From an uncultured Candidatus Saccharibacteria bacterium (lineage in GTDB: Bacteria; Patescibacteriota; Minisyncoccia; Minisyncoccales; PWPS01): a stretch of DNA of 35,897 bases. The position numbers and the translations under genes are program-made. This document shows, piece after piece, positions 35,683 through 35,897 of the stretch. The stretch is from NCBI GenBank assembly GCA_964420305.1, contig CAYQSS010000002.1, positions 1 to 35,897 on the forward strand. The letters run 5' to 3'. The notes under the pieces are model-generated. The model worked only from the letters and a program-made list of their open reading frames with translations, was not told where the DNA came from and did no database searches. Numbering within the stretch: the first letter of the stretch is position 1; each line of letters starts with the position of its first letter.

Positions 35683-35897
35683 TCAAAGCATTGAGAGAAA
35701 GTCCCCTAAAGAAAATCCAGTAAGAGGGTAGAAAAGAGCAGCTATCACTAAAAATATTGCGTAAAAAATATAGTTTATAAAAAAGAATAAAGTAAAGATA
35801 AGTAGTATAAATCCATATCGAGAAAAAAAGGCTCTTATCGTGTCAGATAATCTTGGAAAAAAGGTAAAAAGAACGTGTGAACCGTCAAGAGGAGGAA
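35683..35897 (-). CDS. 3' end of a site-2 protease (peptidase M50) family membrane protein (5' end outside window)
   Basis: My manual minus-strand translation from the window edge (phase nt 35895) gives PPLDGSHVLFTFFPRLSDTIRAFFSRYGFILLIFTLFFFINYIFYAIFLVIAALFYPLTGFSLGDFLSML, ending at TGA 35685..35683. PPLDG(S/G)H matches the conserved NxxPxxPLDG motif of M50 proteases, and hydrophobic helices follow. Confidence 0.5.
   Translation of the reverse strand, partial: PPLDGSHVLFTFFPRLSDTIRAFFSRYGFILLIFTLFFFINYIFYAIFLVIAALFYPLTGFSLGDFLSML

Noticed and set aside
1-35897. Alternative genetic code with UGA reassigned, as in some candidate phyla
   Set aside because: TGA terminates conserved proteins at their expected lengths (rplC, rplD, rplN, the short adk, the galT-like gene), often in ATGA stop/start overlaps. 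No conserved protein needs read-through.
1-35897. tRNA, rRNA, tmRNA or RNase P genes, or transposase/integrase genes
   Set aside because: Intergenic spaces are at most ~185 nt. None shows cloverleaf-like complementarity or conserved RNA motifs, and no ORF has recombinase or transposase motifs.

Overview
AT-rich, gene-dense 35.9-kb bacterial fragment. Everything from nt 1239 to the right edge is on the minus strand; only two genes at the left edge (1-1144) are on the plus strand. The core (33430 down to 10066) is one contiguous str-S10-spc-alpha ribosomal superoperon: rpsL-rpsG-fusA-tuf-rpsJ-rplCDWB-rpsS-rplV-rpsC-rplP-rpmC-rpsQ-rplNXE-rpsNH-rplFR-rpsE-rplO-secY-adk-adk-map-[galT-like, tpiA, membrane orphan]-infA-rpmJ-rpsMKD-rpoA-rplQ-rplM-rpsI. 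A sigma70-like promoter precedes rpsL and a hairpin plus U-tract terminator follows rpsI. L30 (rpmD) is absent between rpsE and rplO. Together with low G+C, compact genes, Lys/Glu-tailed r-proteins and metabolic genes inside the operon, this suggests a small-genome CPR/Patescibacteria-like organism (inference only). TGA is a normal stop, so the standard bacterial code applies. Downstream of the superoperon lie a HlyD-adaptor/ABC-ATPase/FtsX-permease/DgkA operon, an orphan gene, clpB, and a lone AAA+ (AAA_14/DUF4143-type) ATPase. Upstream lie a B12-binding radical SAM gene, a split cysteine-less radical-SAM-like module, and the 3' end of a site-2 protease gene. No rRNA, tRNA, CRISPR array, transposase or integrase is visible. 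The two most unusual loci are (i) the ATPase gene, bracketed by near-identical 30-bp perfect palindromes, one lying on its promoter, and (ii) the radical SAM locus. Several ORF-track starts are TTG/GTG extensions. I moved them to the downstream ATG that matches the conserved N-terminus and removes overlap with the preceding gene.
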